From the IMG/VR virus record IMGVR_UViG_3300014205_000008, positions 1-64,000 of that record: a DNA stretch of 64,000 nucleotides; one strand, 5' to 3'. Shown here in pieces: positions 1 through 8,299 of this stretch. The position numbers were made by a program, and so were the translations under genes. How positions within the stretch are numbered: position 1 is the first letter of the stretch; each line of letters opens with the position of its first letter. The notes beneath the pieces were generated by a model, which was given only the letters and a program-made list of their open reading frames with translations, searched no databases and was not told where the DNA came from. Source of the DNA: a virus (lineage: Duplodnaviria > Caudoviricetes).

Positions 1-167
1 AAGATGTTATTGATTGTCTTGATTTAATTAGCGAATATTACTCACTTGATGTATTTGGATCGTCAACAGATTATTTACAAGATCTATTACATCATGAATT
101 TTCGATTATAGTCCCTATTTTAGTAATAGAGGATATTTTAGGAAGTCTTAGACCGTTACCTTTTTAA
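1..167 (+). CDS. 3' end of hypothetical protein (partial, runs off window)
   Basis: Open frame from nt 3 (DVIDCLDL...RPLPF) to TAA at 165-167. Confidence 0.6.
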   Translation, partial: DVIDCLDLISEYYSLDVFGSSTDYLQDLLHHEFSIIVPILVIEDILGSLRPLPF

Positions 168-200
168 TGGTCTTTTTAATTAAATAACTTTAAAATATAG

Positions 201-815
201 ATGAATGAAGATGTTCCTATTCTAATTAGTTTAAAAAAACTTTTAGAATATAAATTAGCCTGTGAAGATTATATATTTTTATATCTTCTTTATATTGGCG
301 AAAGGTGGAAATTAAGTAAATATTTAACAGAAGTAAAAAACATTAATGCGCAAAAATATCTCAAACTAATTGAGTCAGGTATGGTTGAGAAAATCAACCC
401 ACACATTAGTACTATTTCTCTAAATAATCTTAATACCACTCAAAAGTTTAAGGACATTATTGAAGGAATAAATAACGAACAAAAAATTGAAAATTGGATA
501 GAAAAATGGTATGCTTTGTGGCCTCCTGGTATTAAAACTGGTGGATATTATCTTAAAACAGATAAAACAGGATCTTTAAGAAAAATGAAGAGATTTGTTG
601 TAAAATATCCTGAATATACACAAGAAGATATTATGCAGGCTACAGAGAACTATTTAAGAGAACAATCAATAAAAGGTTATTCTTTTACTAAACTTGCTCC
701 ATACTTCATTGAAAAAGACGGCTTATCTGTCTTGGCAGGAGAGTGTGAAGCGGTTAAAGAAAAAGCAACTCAAGTAATTATGAAAGGAGACATGTATGGA
801 AATGAAGAGCTATGA
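201..815 (+). CDS. Hypothetical protein upstream of DnaB (possible replication initiator or helicase loader)
   Basis: 204-aa ORF overlapping the dnaB start; function inferred from position only. Confidence 0.55.
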   Translation: MNEDVPILISLKKLLEYKLACEDYIFLYLLYIGERWKLSKYLTEVKNINAQKYLKLIESGMVEKINPHISTISLNNLNTTQKFKDIIEGINNEQKIENWIEKWYALWPPGIKTGGYYLKTDKTGSLRKMKRFVVKYPEYTQEDIMQATENYLREQSIKGYSFTKLAPYFIEKDGLSVLAGECEAVKEKATQVIMKGDMYGNEEL

Positions 816-1283
816 TCCTCTTAACATAATTACTCAAGGAGAGGCTATTGAAAGAGCTAATAAGAAGATTTATTTTAATATGCATAATAAATTTCCTGGA
901 TTAGTAACTAGATGGCTTAAAATAAATAGAGCTCTTGGAGGTGCTTTTAGATTTGGAGAGATTACTTATATAAGTGGTCCTTCTGGCTCTGGAAAATCGT
1001 ATTTACTAAATATGATAAGAGAAGATTTTGCTGGAGACTTAAATAAAAGTTATCCAAATAAATTTAAAATATTAGCATTATCTTTTGAGATGGGAGCTGA
1101 AGACGAAGTTATTAGAACTTATAGTAGTTCTTTAAATACTAGTTACAGCTTACTTGTATCGGCAAATGAAAAAATTACTAAGGAATATTATAAAATTATT
1201 GAGGAAACTTCAAAAAAACTTAATAACAACAAAATATTTTATGTAGAAACAACTGGGAATAGAAAACGAATACTTTCTACCGT
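796..1283 (+). CDS. dnaB: DnaB-like replicative helicase, exon 1
   Basis: TRWLKINRALGG, Walker A GPSGSGKS, SFEM motif; unspliced frame stops at TAA 1288-1290 inside the intron P1 loop. Confidence 0.92.
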
Positions 1284-1362
1284 AAACTAAATCTGCGGCT
1301 TTATACAGTAATGTATATAGAAAATTCCGAATAACGGGGAAACCCTTTTTTAAAATTAAAAT

Positions 1363-1983
1363 ATGTACGTAACTTATAAAACATACAAAGATAATAAATT
1401 AATAGATAATTACAAAAACACATCTTGTTTTAGTGAATTGTTTAATAATCAATGGGATAAAATGGAATTATTACTTTATGAGTCTTCACTAAGTAAAGGA
1501 CAATTAAAATTTTGGTTTGATTTTGTAAAAAAGATTGAACCTAAAATTAAACTTAGAGAAGATAATTATTGTATAATTCCGTATCAAGGTAAAGGTAAAA
1601 CACTAACGTTAGTTACAATATTAAGATTCCTTTGGGAAGATATAAATCATTATGATACTATTATCCCTTTAACAAAAGAAGTTATTAAACTAGTTCCTGA
1701 TATTGATGAAATGGGGGCAGTAGTTCTTGCTTCAAGTATAACTCATGAGTGCGACGGATGGGGACATTCATTAGTTAATGCAGTTGCCACTAAGATACCA
1801 AGAAAATGGCACTATAGAAGGTATAAAGGAAATTCTATTTTTGGTCTTACAGCTTTAAATGATCATGATAGTTCCTCTTATAAAAATAGATGGCTTCTTA
1901 ATAGATTAAGAACTCAAAAAGAAACTCCTTTAGATGTTAAACCTATACTTAAACATTTTAATATTCCATACAATGAACAATAA
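1363..1983 (+). CDS. Hypothetical protein (intron cargo, loop L5)
   Basis: 206-aa ORF with A-rich leader, between P5 strands (1344-1350 / 1988-1995); no LAGLIDADG, GIY-YIG or HNH motif. Confidence 0.8.
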   Translation: MYVTYKTYKDNKLIDNYKNTSCFSELFNNQWDKMELLLYESSLSKGQLKFWFDFVKKIEPKIKLREDNYCIIPYQGKGKTLTLVTILRFLWEDINHYDTIIPLTKEVIKLVPDIDEMGAVVLASSITHECDGWGHSLVNAVATKIPRKWHYRRYKGNSIFGLTALNDHDSSSYKNRWLLNRLRTQKETPLDVKPILKHFNIPYNEQ

Positions 1984-2122
1984 TAATAAAGAAGGCAATC
2001 CCGTGACGTTACTTAGTAATGAAGAGAATGAATATTTAGTATTATTATTAAAAGATCAAATTATATATGGTCTGTTTGATAATGATGAAGAATATGAACT
2101 TGCAAAAAAATATTCTTCTTAA
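1973..2122 (+). CDS. Small ORF overprinting P5'/P4'/P6 and loop L6 of the intron
   Basis: ATG 1973 overlaps the end of the previous ORF; MNNNNKEGNPVT...; may join 2067-2336 through the A7 run at 2104-2110. Confidence 0.45.
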   Translation: MNNNNKEGNPVTLLSNEENEYLVLLLKDQIIYGLFDNDEEYELAKKYSS

Positions 2123-2336
2123 ATTACAATACGTCCGAACGACTGACAAGGAGCAACCTACCTATTATGAATTAGATAAATGGTTTGAAGGACAAAGAAC
2201 TGCAACAGTCTATGAAAAACCAATAGGTAAATTCTTTGGAACAAAACTTAAAACTAAAGTATTACAATTAAGTGGTATGGAGGTTGTTTTGTTTGAAGAT
2301 GGTACATATACTTTATCTGATACAACAGGAGGCTGA
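2067..2336 (+). CDS. Small ORF crossing P6'/P7/P3' and filling loop L8 of the intron
   Basis: Open frame ending TGA 2334-2336 at the P8 3' strand; true start uncertain. Confidence 0.55.
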   Translation: MVCLIMMKNMNLQKNILLKLQYVRTTDKEQPTYYELDKWFEGQRTATVYEKPIGKFFGTKLKTKVLQLSGMEVVLFEDGTYTLSDTTGG

Positions 2337-2368
2337 TGATACAGTCTGATCTATAAAAATAAAATTTA

Positions 2369-2704
2369 ATGAAAAAAGAAATAATAGAGTATTTTAACTC
2401 AAAACAATTAAAGGTTTTAGATGTTAATCCAGGAGGATATAATAAATCTTTCTATACCGGTGTAACTGTAGGATATATTGCAAAATATGTTTGTCATACA
2501 ACACCAGGTAGAATTGTTAGGTTACTTTGGAAGATGCATCAAAATGGTGAATTAAGAGCATTGTTCTGCGGAACAGTCAACGAACCCGTTTTTGAATCAG
2601 CAACTTTCCCTACTAATCATTGGAATTATGAAAAAGGTAATTGGGGTGCAGACATTAATGATCTTAAAAAACATTTAGAATCTTTCGTTAAAACTAAATT
2701 ATAG
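2369..2704 (+). CDS. Hypothetical protein (intron cargo, loop L9; possibly winged-helix-like)
   Basis: 111-aa ORF between P9 strands TCTATAA(2350-56)/TTATAGA(2699-2705). Confidence 0.75.
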   Translation: MKKEIIEYFNSKQLKVLDVNPGGYNKSFYTGVTVGYIAKYVCHTTPGRIVRLLWKMHQNGELRALFCGTVNEPVFESATFPTNHWNYEKGNWGADINDLKKHLESFVKTKL

Positions 2705-2758
2705 AGTTTAGCAGAAATGACTAAGCCTCTTTTGTAATAAATAATAAAAAATAATATT

Positions 2759-2980
2759 ATGTCTAAAATTTTAAAGCTAACCGTAAAACAACTTACGAAT
2801 TTAATAGGATCTTATGTAATAATGAGAAAACCTACATCAACGATTACCAAAAACAAAAGATATATTGTAAAAAATATTCAATTTTATTCTTATACAAAAA
2901 AGAAAAATTCTATTCTTACAATTATTAATGATTTTGGTAAAGTTATTTCAATTCGTGAAGATAGAATTACAATTGAGTAA
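2759..2980 (+). CDS. Small basic hypothetical protein (intron cargo, loop L9.2)
   Basis: 73-aa ORF between P9.2 strands CTCTTTTGTAAT(2727-38)/ATTACAATTGAG(2966-77). Confidence 0.7.
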   Translation: MSKILKLTVKQLTNLIGSYVIMRKPTSTITKNKRYIVKNIQFYSYTKKKNSILTIINDFGKVISIREDRITIE

Positions 2981-2988
2981 CAAAAATG

Positions 2989-3475
2989 AGAAAAGTTTCA
3001 AAAAGATTATCCAGAACATAAATTAGTAGTTACAATAGATCACTCTTTACTAATGGAATATTTAGATGAAATTAGTGAGGTGGATCTTATAAATCAAATG
3101 TCACGTTTAGCTTTAGTACTTAAGAAAAAGTATGGAGCAATGGTAATAATGTTAGGTCAGTTAAATGATAAATTAGAACAACCAGAGCGATTAAAGACAC
3201 CACAATTACAATATCCGACTAAAACCGATATTCATGGTGGAAAATCTATATACGCAATCGCTGATACGGTAATAATTATTCATAGACCTGAACTATTAAA
3301 CCTGCAAACATATGGACCTAAATTTTATCCTACAAAGGATTTAATTGTGTTACATTTTTTGAAATCTAGATTAAACGGAAGTGAAGGTGTTTTGAGAATG
3401 AGGCAAGATTTTAGTCATGGTACATTATTAATGTGGCAGGATGAAGTCAAAACTACTCAAGAAACGCTTTTTTAG
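2989..3475 (+). CDS. dnaB: DnaB-like replicative helicase, exon 2
   Basis: LVVTIDH (Walker B region), LGQLN, P..TDIHGG.SI...AD.V..IHRP, KSR; spliced product 324 aa. Confidence 0.92.
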
Positions 3476-3545
3476 CACTTCTAAGACACTTTTTTATTAT
3501 AGTTGATACATTGTGTCATTTATATTAAAAATATCATTAAAACTT
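3476..3545 (+). repeat. Dispersed ~70-bp element, copy A
   Basis: CTAAG..TTT..TGATACATTGTGTCA..TTAAA pattern shared with 20310-20379. Confidence 0.45.
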
Positions 3546-3549
3546 ATTT

Positions 3550-4221
3550 ATGGGAGTATTAATATTGGTAGAAGGAGAACCAGGAACTGGTAAATCAAGA
3601 GGTATTTTAAATCTTGATCCAGCAACAACGATTGTTCTTAGACCTAACACGAAAGACTTGCCTTTTCCTGGAGCAAGAAAACTTTATAATGAAGAAGCTA
3701 AGAACATGTTTCATGTTTCTTCTTTACAGGAAGTCGGAGAATATATTACAGACATTAATTCTGGTAAGAAAACCAAAGTTATTGTAGTAGAAGATTTCTC
3801 ACATTTATTGGGACAAAGAGTATTAGAAGATTCTAATATAGTTGGTTACACTAAATGGAATAAATTAGCGGTTGACGCTTTTGAAGCAGTTATAGGAATA
3901 GAAAATGAACTAAGAGATGATTTATACGTAATATTAATAGCACACACAACTACTGTTCAAAAAGCAGAAGGGGAAATAGTTACGCACATGCTGACCCCTG
4001 GTAAATTACTTGATAATTTAATTAAGATTCCAAGTTATTTTACCTATGTGTTTCATACAGAGGTTATAGAAGAAAAAGGAAAGATCCTCTATAAATTCTT
4101 AACCAACCGTGATGGGTCTGGTAAAGAAGCAAAAAGTCCAGAAGGATGTTTTGAGCTGTATGAAGAAAATGATTATGCCATGCTTATCAAGAAAATTGAG
4201 GCTTATCAAAATGGCAACTAA
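3550..4221 (+). CDS. AAA_24/Sak4-like ATPase (recombination or annealing)
   Basis: Walker A GEPGTGKS, VIVVED, LIAH, AKSP motifs. Confidence 0.8.
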   Translation: MGVLILVEGEPGTGKSRGILNLDPATTIVLRPNTKDLPFPGARKLYNEEAKNMFHVSSLQEVGEYITDINSGKKTKVIVVEDFSHLLGQRVLEDSNIVGYTKWNKLAVDAFEAVIGIENELRDDLYVILIAHTTTVQKAEGEIVTHMLTPGKLLDNLIKIPSYFTYVFHTEVIEEKGKILYKFLTNRDGSGKEAKSPEGCFELYEENDYAMLIKKIEAYQNGN

Positions 4222-4239
4222 TTTTAAAAAAATAATATT

Positions 4240-4755
4240 ATGAGTAAAAAATTCGGATTTAGTGATGTTGAAGAAGTAAAGTCAAGAATTGAACCTGGTG
4301 TTGAAGAAGTTGAATTTACTGGCGTAGAATGGGGCGAAAATGATAATGGTAAAGCATTCATGTCAATTGGCATGGTTTCTTTATCAGGTAATCATGAACA
4401 TTCAGAACGTTTATATTTCTCTACCAAAAAAGGTGAGAAAATATCTCTTCAAAGAATTAAAACTATTCTAATGACTATATTAGGCGAAGAAAAAGCTAAT
4501 AAGGAGTATGATGTAGAAGGCCTTAATAAAATTCTTACTGGTAAACAGGCAAGAATTAAATTTATTGGTGAAGAATATGAAGGTGAAAATGGAATTAAAG
4601 TTAAAACCCAATTTGCGTTTGCAAACTTTATCGAAAATATTGATGTTTCTGCAGAAAATTCAAAATTACATTTTGACTCAAGCCGTAATATCAAATTACT
4701 TCCTCAATCTCCTAAGATGAAGGAAAAATCAAAGAAAGATGTCTTATTCGAGTAA
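4240..4755 (+). CDS. Putative single-stranded DNA-binding protein
   Basis: Follows the Sak4-like ATPase; beta-rich sequence typical of phage SSBs in this position. Confidence 0.55.
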   Translation: MSKKFGFSDVEEVKSRIEPGVEEVEFTGVEWGENDNGKAFMSIGMVSLSGNHEHSERLYFSTKKGEKISLQRIKTILMTILGEEKANKEYDVEGLNKILTGKQARIKFIGEEYEGENGIKVKTQFAFANFIENIDVSAENSKLHFDSSRNIKLLPQSPKMKEKSKKDVLFE

Positions 4756-5071
4756 TCAACAAAGAATGATTGATGCTTTATTAGACCAAATGTTGAGGAC
4801 CTCTCTTTGGGGGGTCCTTGACCTTTGTCTTTTGAAGAAGAAATTTGAAATAATAGATCTAGTTATTGAACTAAGAGAAGAAGAATATTTTAAACCTTAT
4901 GGATTTACCGTTACATTAATTGATGGTGGAAACTTTGTTCAAAAAATTCCATTCTTTGAAAACAATGATGAATTTATAAAAGAAAATAATCTATACTTTT
5001 TAGGTGAAAAATCATATCCTAGTTATTTAGCGTTTATGAATAAAAGTGTAGAAAGACATAAATCCTTGTAA
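4739..5071 (+). CDS. Hypothetical protein
   Basis: 110-aa ORF abutting the primase start. Confidence 0.6.
   Translation: MSYSSNQQRMIDALLDQMLRTSLWGVLDLCLLKKKFEIIDLVIELREEEYFKPYGFTVTLIDGGNFVQKIPFFENNDEFIKENNLYFLGEKSYPSYLAFMNKSVERHKSL
4792..4821 (+). terminator. GC-rich hairpin just after ssb (possible terminator or processing site)
   Basis: GTTGAGGACCTCT/GGGGGTCCTTGAC stem followed by CTTTGTCTTTT. Confidence 0.4.
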
Positions 5072-6115
5072 ATGAAAAAAGTATTCAATTTTAACACTAA
5101 TAATATAACAAAAGATAAAGTTAAAGAAATATTATCTGATAACCAAATATATGAGTTTTATCTAGGTGATAACATTGAATTTACACGAAAATTTAATTCT
5201 CCGTTTAGAAAAGATGATCACCCTAGTCTCTCCTTTTTCTTAATTAATAATCATACTATATTATGGAGAGATTGGGGTTCTTCTTTACAAGATAAACCAC
5301 AAGATGTTTTTTCTTTTGTTATGACCTATTACAATTGTTCGTTTAGAGAGGCATTGGAATATATTAATATTGATTTTAACTTAAATTTTACTAGCGATAT
5401 TCAAGTATCAACTGTAATTTTTGATAGAGAAATTCCTACTAAAAGAGCTTTTAAAAAAGTTAAAGAGAAGAAGATAATAGAAGTAGAGACGCAAAACTTT
5501 ACAATAGAAGACGTTAAGTTTTGGAAGTCGTTTGAAATATCTTTAGAAACTTTAATTAAATATAATGTTAGATCTATAAAATATTGTTGGTTAAATTATA
5601 AATTATTTAGAACCTATACAAGATCTAATCCAATATATTCATTTGAGTTAATAAATGAAGAAGGAGAAATAGTATACAAAATATACTCTCCTTATGAAGA
5701 AAAGAATAATAAGTGGTTTAGTAATGTATCTAAAGATACCGTACAAGGCCTATCTCAATTAAAGTATGAATCAGATACTCTAATTATAACAAAAAGTTTA
5801 AAAGATGTAATGGTTTTAGATACATTTGGTTATGAATCTATTGCTTTTCAATCAGAAATTTCTGAATTTAGTAATTTTATATACGAAAATGTTGTATCTT
5901 TGTACAAAAATATAATTGTATTTTATGATAACGATCAGCATGGTATAACTAATTCAAATAATATGTGTGAAAAGTACTCTTTTAAACAAATTTCAATACC
6001 GCAAGAATTCAAAGCAAAAGATATAAGTGATTATGTAAAGAAATATGGTGTTGATAATACTAAAATTTTCATTAAAACACTTATCAATAATGCAAAGATA
6101 TATAATAGTGTATAG
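5072..6115 (+). CDS. dnaG: DNA primase (TOPRIM, crAss type)
   Basis: SPFRKDDHPS, WRDWG, IITKSLKDVMVL, YDND..G, KDISD motifs. Confidence 0.9.
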   Translation: MKKVFNFNTNNITKDKVKEILSDNQIYEFYLGDNIEFTRKFNSPFRKDDHPSLSFFLINNHTILWRDWGSSLQDKPQDVFSFVMTYYNCSFREALEYINIDFNLNFTSDIQVSTVIFDREIPTKRAFKKVKEKKIIEVETQNFTIEDVKFWKSFEISLETLIKYNVRSIKYCWLNYKLFRTYTRSNPIYSFELINEEGEIVYKIYSPYEEKNNKWFSNVSKDTVQGLSQLKYESDTLIITKSLKDVMVLDTFGYESIAFQSEISEFSNFIYENVVSLYKNIIVFYDNDQHGITNSNNMCEKYSFKQISIPQEFKAKDISDYVKKYGVDNTKIFIKTLINNAKIYNSV

Positions 6116-6401
6116 TACATTTTACTGTAAGAAAGTAGTAGAGGTAATATATGCACGAAGTAGATATATGGCAATGATAGAAATAGCTACTACTAACAAT
6201 GAAGTAGAGATTAAATCTATTAGAGAGTTATATAATCCGTATTTTGATCCCAATAGTGTGATAACAAACTATGAACTATCTTTACTGAAAGATGGATTTC
6301 ATAATGTTACAAATAAATTTAATTTATCTCTTAACATCTATAACACAATAGCACAGATCTATGGAGATAAGTTATTAAAAGCACATGAATATGGAGGATA
6401 A
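6090..6401 (+). CDS. Hypothetical protein
   Basis: ORF 6045-6401; likely start at MQRYII (6090). Confidence 0.55.
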   Translation: MQRYIIVYSTFYCKKVVEVIYARSRYMAMIEIATTNNEVEIKSIRELYNPYFDPNSVITNYELSLLKDGFHNVTNKFNLSLNIYNTIAQIYGDKLLKAHEYGG

Positions 6402-6786
6402 ATATTTCTTTGAGGTTAAAGTAGAAAACTTCATAGATAGAATTCAATTATCAAAAAAACAGAGACCAACATATTTTAAGAAAAAAGATAAGATTCCAAA
6501 AAAGTATAGTACTGAACAGTTTGCTTTTGTAAATAATTCACTAATCAATATTGTAACAGGTGAAAAAGTAATTAAAAATTCTATAAAAGTTGGAACTCCT
6601 AATATAAAATTAATTACTGGACAGTACTTCTGGGAGGGAGCACATCCTCACATTAGAAGAAAGATTAAGAAAGAAATGTCTGAATACTTTTATAAGTATT
6701 TAAAAGACGCTCCGCAAGTAAAAGATGATCAATACCCTATCGGAGTTCGTATTGATTTATATGATGATATGAACTCTGGACAGGAT
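6385..6786 (+). CDS. rusA: RusA-like Holliday junction resolvase, exon 1
   Basis: Ends ...SGQD at U6786; joins exon 2 to give the D-I-D-N motif. Confidence 0.8.
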
Positions 6787-6809
6787 TAAAGTAAAAAAAT
6801 GTTAAATTA

Positions 6810-6841
6810 TTTGGAAAAAACTGATTTTTGTTGTATCTTTG
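6810..6841 (+). promoter_or_regulatory. Bacteroidota-type sigma promoter driving the intron endonuclease
   Basis: TTTG (6810-13), 20-nt spacer, TATCTTTG (6834-41), matching the -33/-7 consensus TTTG / TAnnTTTG. Confidence 0.7.
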
Positions 6842-6864
6842 TATTTAATATAAAAAATATAAAT

Positions 6865-7554
6865 ATGGAACAATTAAATCAATTAATTCTAGGAAGCATA
6901 CTTGGAGATGGTTATTTAGATAAAATAATAAATAACGGTAATTCAAGAATGACTTTTGGACATAGTGAAAGTCAATTAGAATATTTAAAATATAAAATGT
7001 CTATTTTTAATAAATATGATTTATTTAATAATAGTTTTTATAAAAATAAATCAATTTCAGAAAGATATAAAAATGGATATTGTATATCTTATCATACAAA
7101 AACTAAAAAAGATCCATTATTTAATACATATAGAAATGAATTTTATCCATTTGGAAAAAAGATTCTTACAAATAAAATATATGAATTAAATAATTTTAGA
7201 TTGGCAATTTGGTTTATGGATGATGGCAGTAATACTACAAGTAGTTATCAATTAAATTCTAATGGATTTAGTAGAAATGAATGTAATATATTACGAGATA
7301 TGTTATTTAAAAATTTTAATATAGAAACTTCATTATGGAAAACACATAATATTATATACATTAAATCTAAAAGTGCAGAATTATTTAAAAATTTAATTTC
7401 TGAATTTATAATAGATTCAATGACATATAAATTAAAAACCAAATATAAACATAAAAGAGTCCTGAATAAATCGGATAAATTGCTGGAAAACCCTGGAGAG
7501 GACAATCAGCAGCCTATCCAGAATCTAAATGGTTCTGGCGGGTTCAACGACTAG
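6865..7554 (+). mobile_element. LAGLIDADG homing endonuclease (intron-encoded)
   Basis: ILGSILGDGYL and LAIWFMDDGS motifs; likely start ATG 6865; C-terminus reads through the intron core. Confidence 0.9.
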
Positions 7555-7759
7555 ATATTGAAACTAAGAAGTGCTATACGCAGAGTGGTAGTGGAGTATA
7601 CTAAACCATACGAGCGCAGGTATACTCTCACTTCTTAGAATATAATATATCCACGAACATCCGACACCTTATGGTGATGATATAGTCTGGGCTGCAACCA
7701 TAACTTAAAAAAGAAATTGCAGAATCTAAAGATAAAGAACTTTAGAGATAACAAAACCG

Positions 7760-7948
7760 ATCGACAACTTCATCTTCTTGTACAGAAAAGTTATACACGA
7801 TGTATTAACTGCTCACGAAATGAATCATAAACCAATAATAATTGATGATTCAAAACTTTATTTAAGAGATATACCTACAAGGTTTTATCCAATAGATGAG
7901 GGAATAGAAAAGTTTTTACATATACAAATTTATTCATTAAATAATTAA
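7760..7948 (+). CDS. rusA: RusA-like resolvase, exon 2 (missed by the ORF track)
   Basis: IDNFIFLYRKVIHDVL...IIIDDS...; RusA DxDN..K..D..DD catalytic pattern; spliced product 196 aa. Confidence 0.85.
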   Translation: MDNFIFLYRKVIHDVLTAHEMNHKPIIIDDSKLYLRDIPTRFYPIDEGIEKFLHIQIYSLNN

Positions 7949-7951
7949 AAT

Positions 7952-8299
7952 ATGTGTTTAAATATTAAATGGTATAGTTGGAAACATACCGCAAAAAAAG
8001 ATATTATTGTTTATAAATATTTAGATAAATGTAACGATAATACATTAAAAACTCCTTACAGAGGAGTTATAATAGAAATTAGCAAAACATATATATCTGT
8101 AATTGAAAGAATAGATAATGTAATTGAAAAAGCACTACATTCTTTTGCTCAACAAAAAGGCGCTCAAGATAATTTATTTAATCAGATAGTAATAGTTGAA
8201 TGTATAATTCCAAAAGGATCGTATTATTATACAGGTAAATTTATAGGACATAAAGCTTACGCCTCTAATAAATTAATTTACAAAAGAATTATATCTTAA
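7952..8299 (+). CDS. Hypothetical phage protein
   Basis: 115 aa; TAKKDIIVYK..TPY..HSF..CIIPKGS.YY.G pattern typical of a Bacteroidota phage family. Confidence 0.7.
   Translation: MCLNIKWYSWKHTAKKDIIVYKYLDKCNDNTLKTPYRGVIIEISKTYISVIERIDNVIEKALHSFAQQKGAQDNLFNQIVIVECIIPKGSYYYTGKFIGHKAYASNKLIYKRIIS

Larger units (their letters stand above)
1284..2988 (+). ncRNA. Group I self-splicing intron in dnaB, with cargo ORFs in loops L5, L6, L8, L9 and L9.2
   Basis: P1 CCGU(1280-83)/GCGG(1295-98) with U-G pair; P10 UCU/AGA; P2 UAUACA-GUAA-UGUAUA; P4 AACGGG..CCCGUG; P6 GACGU/ACGUC; P7 GACUG(2141-45)/CAGUC(2342-46); P9, P9.1, P9.2; terminal G2988; removal restores the frame (ILST-V-EKFQKD...VTIDH). Confidence 0.9.
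6787..7759 (+). ncRNA. Group I intron in rusA-like gene with LAGLIDADG ORF in L1
   Basis: P1 CAGGAU/GUCCUG(7459-64); P3 UCGGAU/AUCCGA; AAUUGCUGGAAA..GACAAUCAGCAG; P7 GACUA/UAGUC; P8 CACC-UUAU-GGUG; ends AUAACAAAACCG at 7759. Confidence 0.93.

Noticed and set aside
1363-2980. Intron ORFs as homing endonucleases or maturases
   Set aside because: No LAGLIDADG, GIY-YIG, HNH, His-Cys or RT motifs seen; a remote nuclease fold cannot be excluded without profile searches
796-3475. dnaB as a broken pseudogene, naturally split gene or intein-containing gene
   Set aside because: A complete set of group I helices and a precise frame-restoring U|G splice explain the gap; no intein C/S...HN motifs
5895-5902. 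TATCTTTG inside the primase gene as a promoter
   Set aside because: No TTTG at the -33 spacing and it lies within coding sequence
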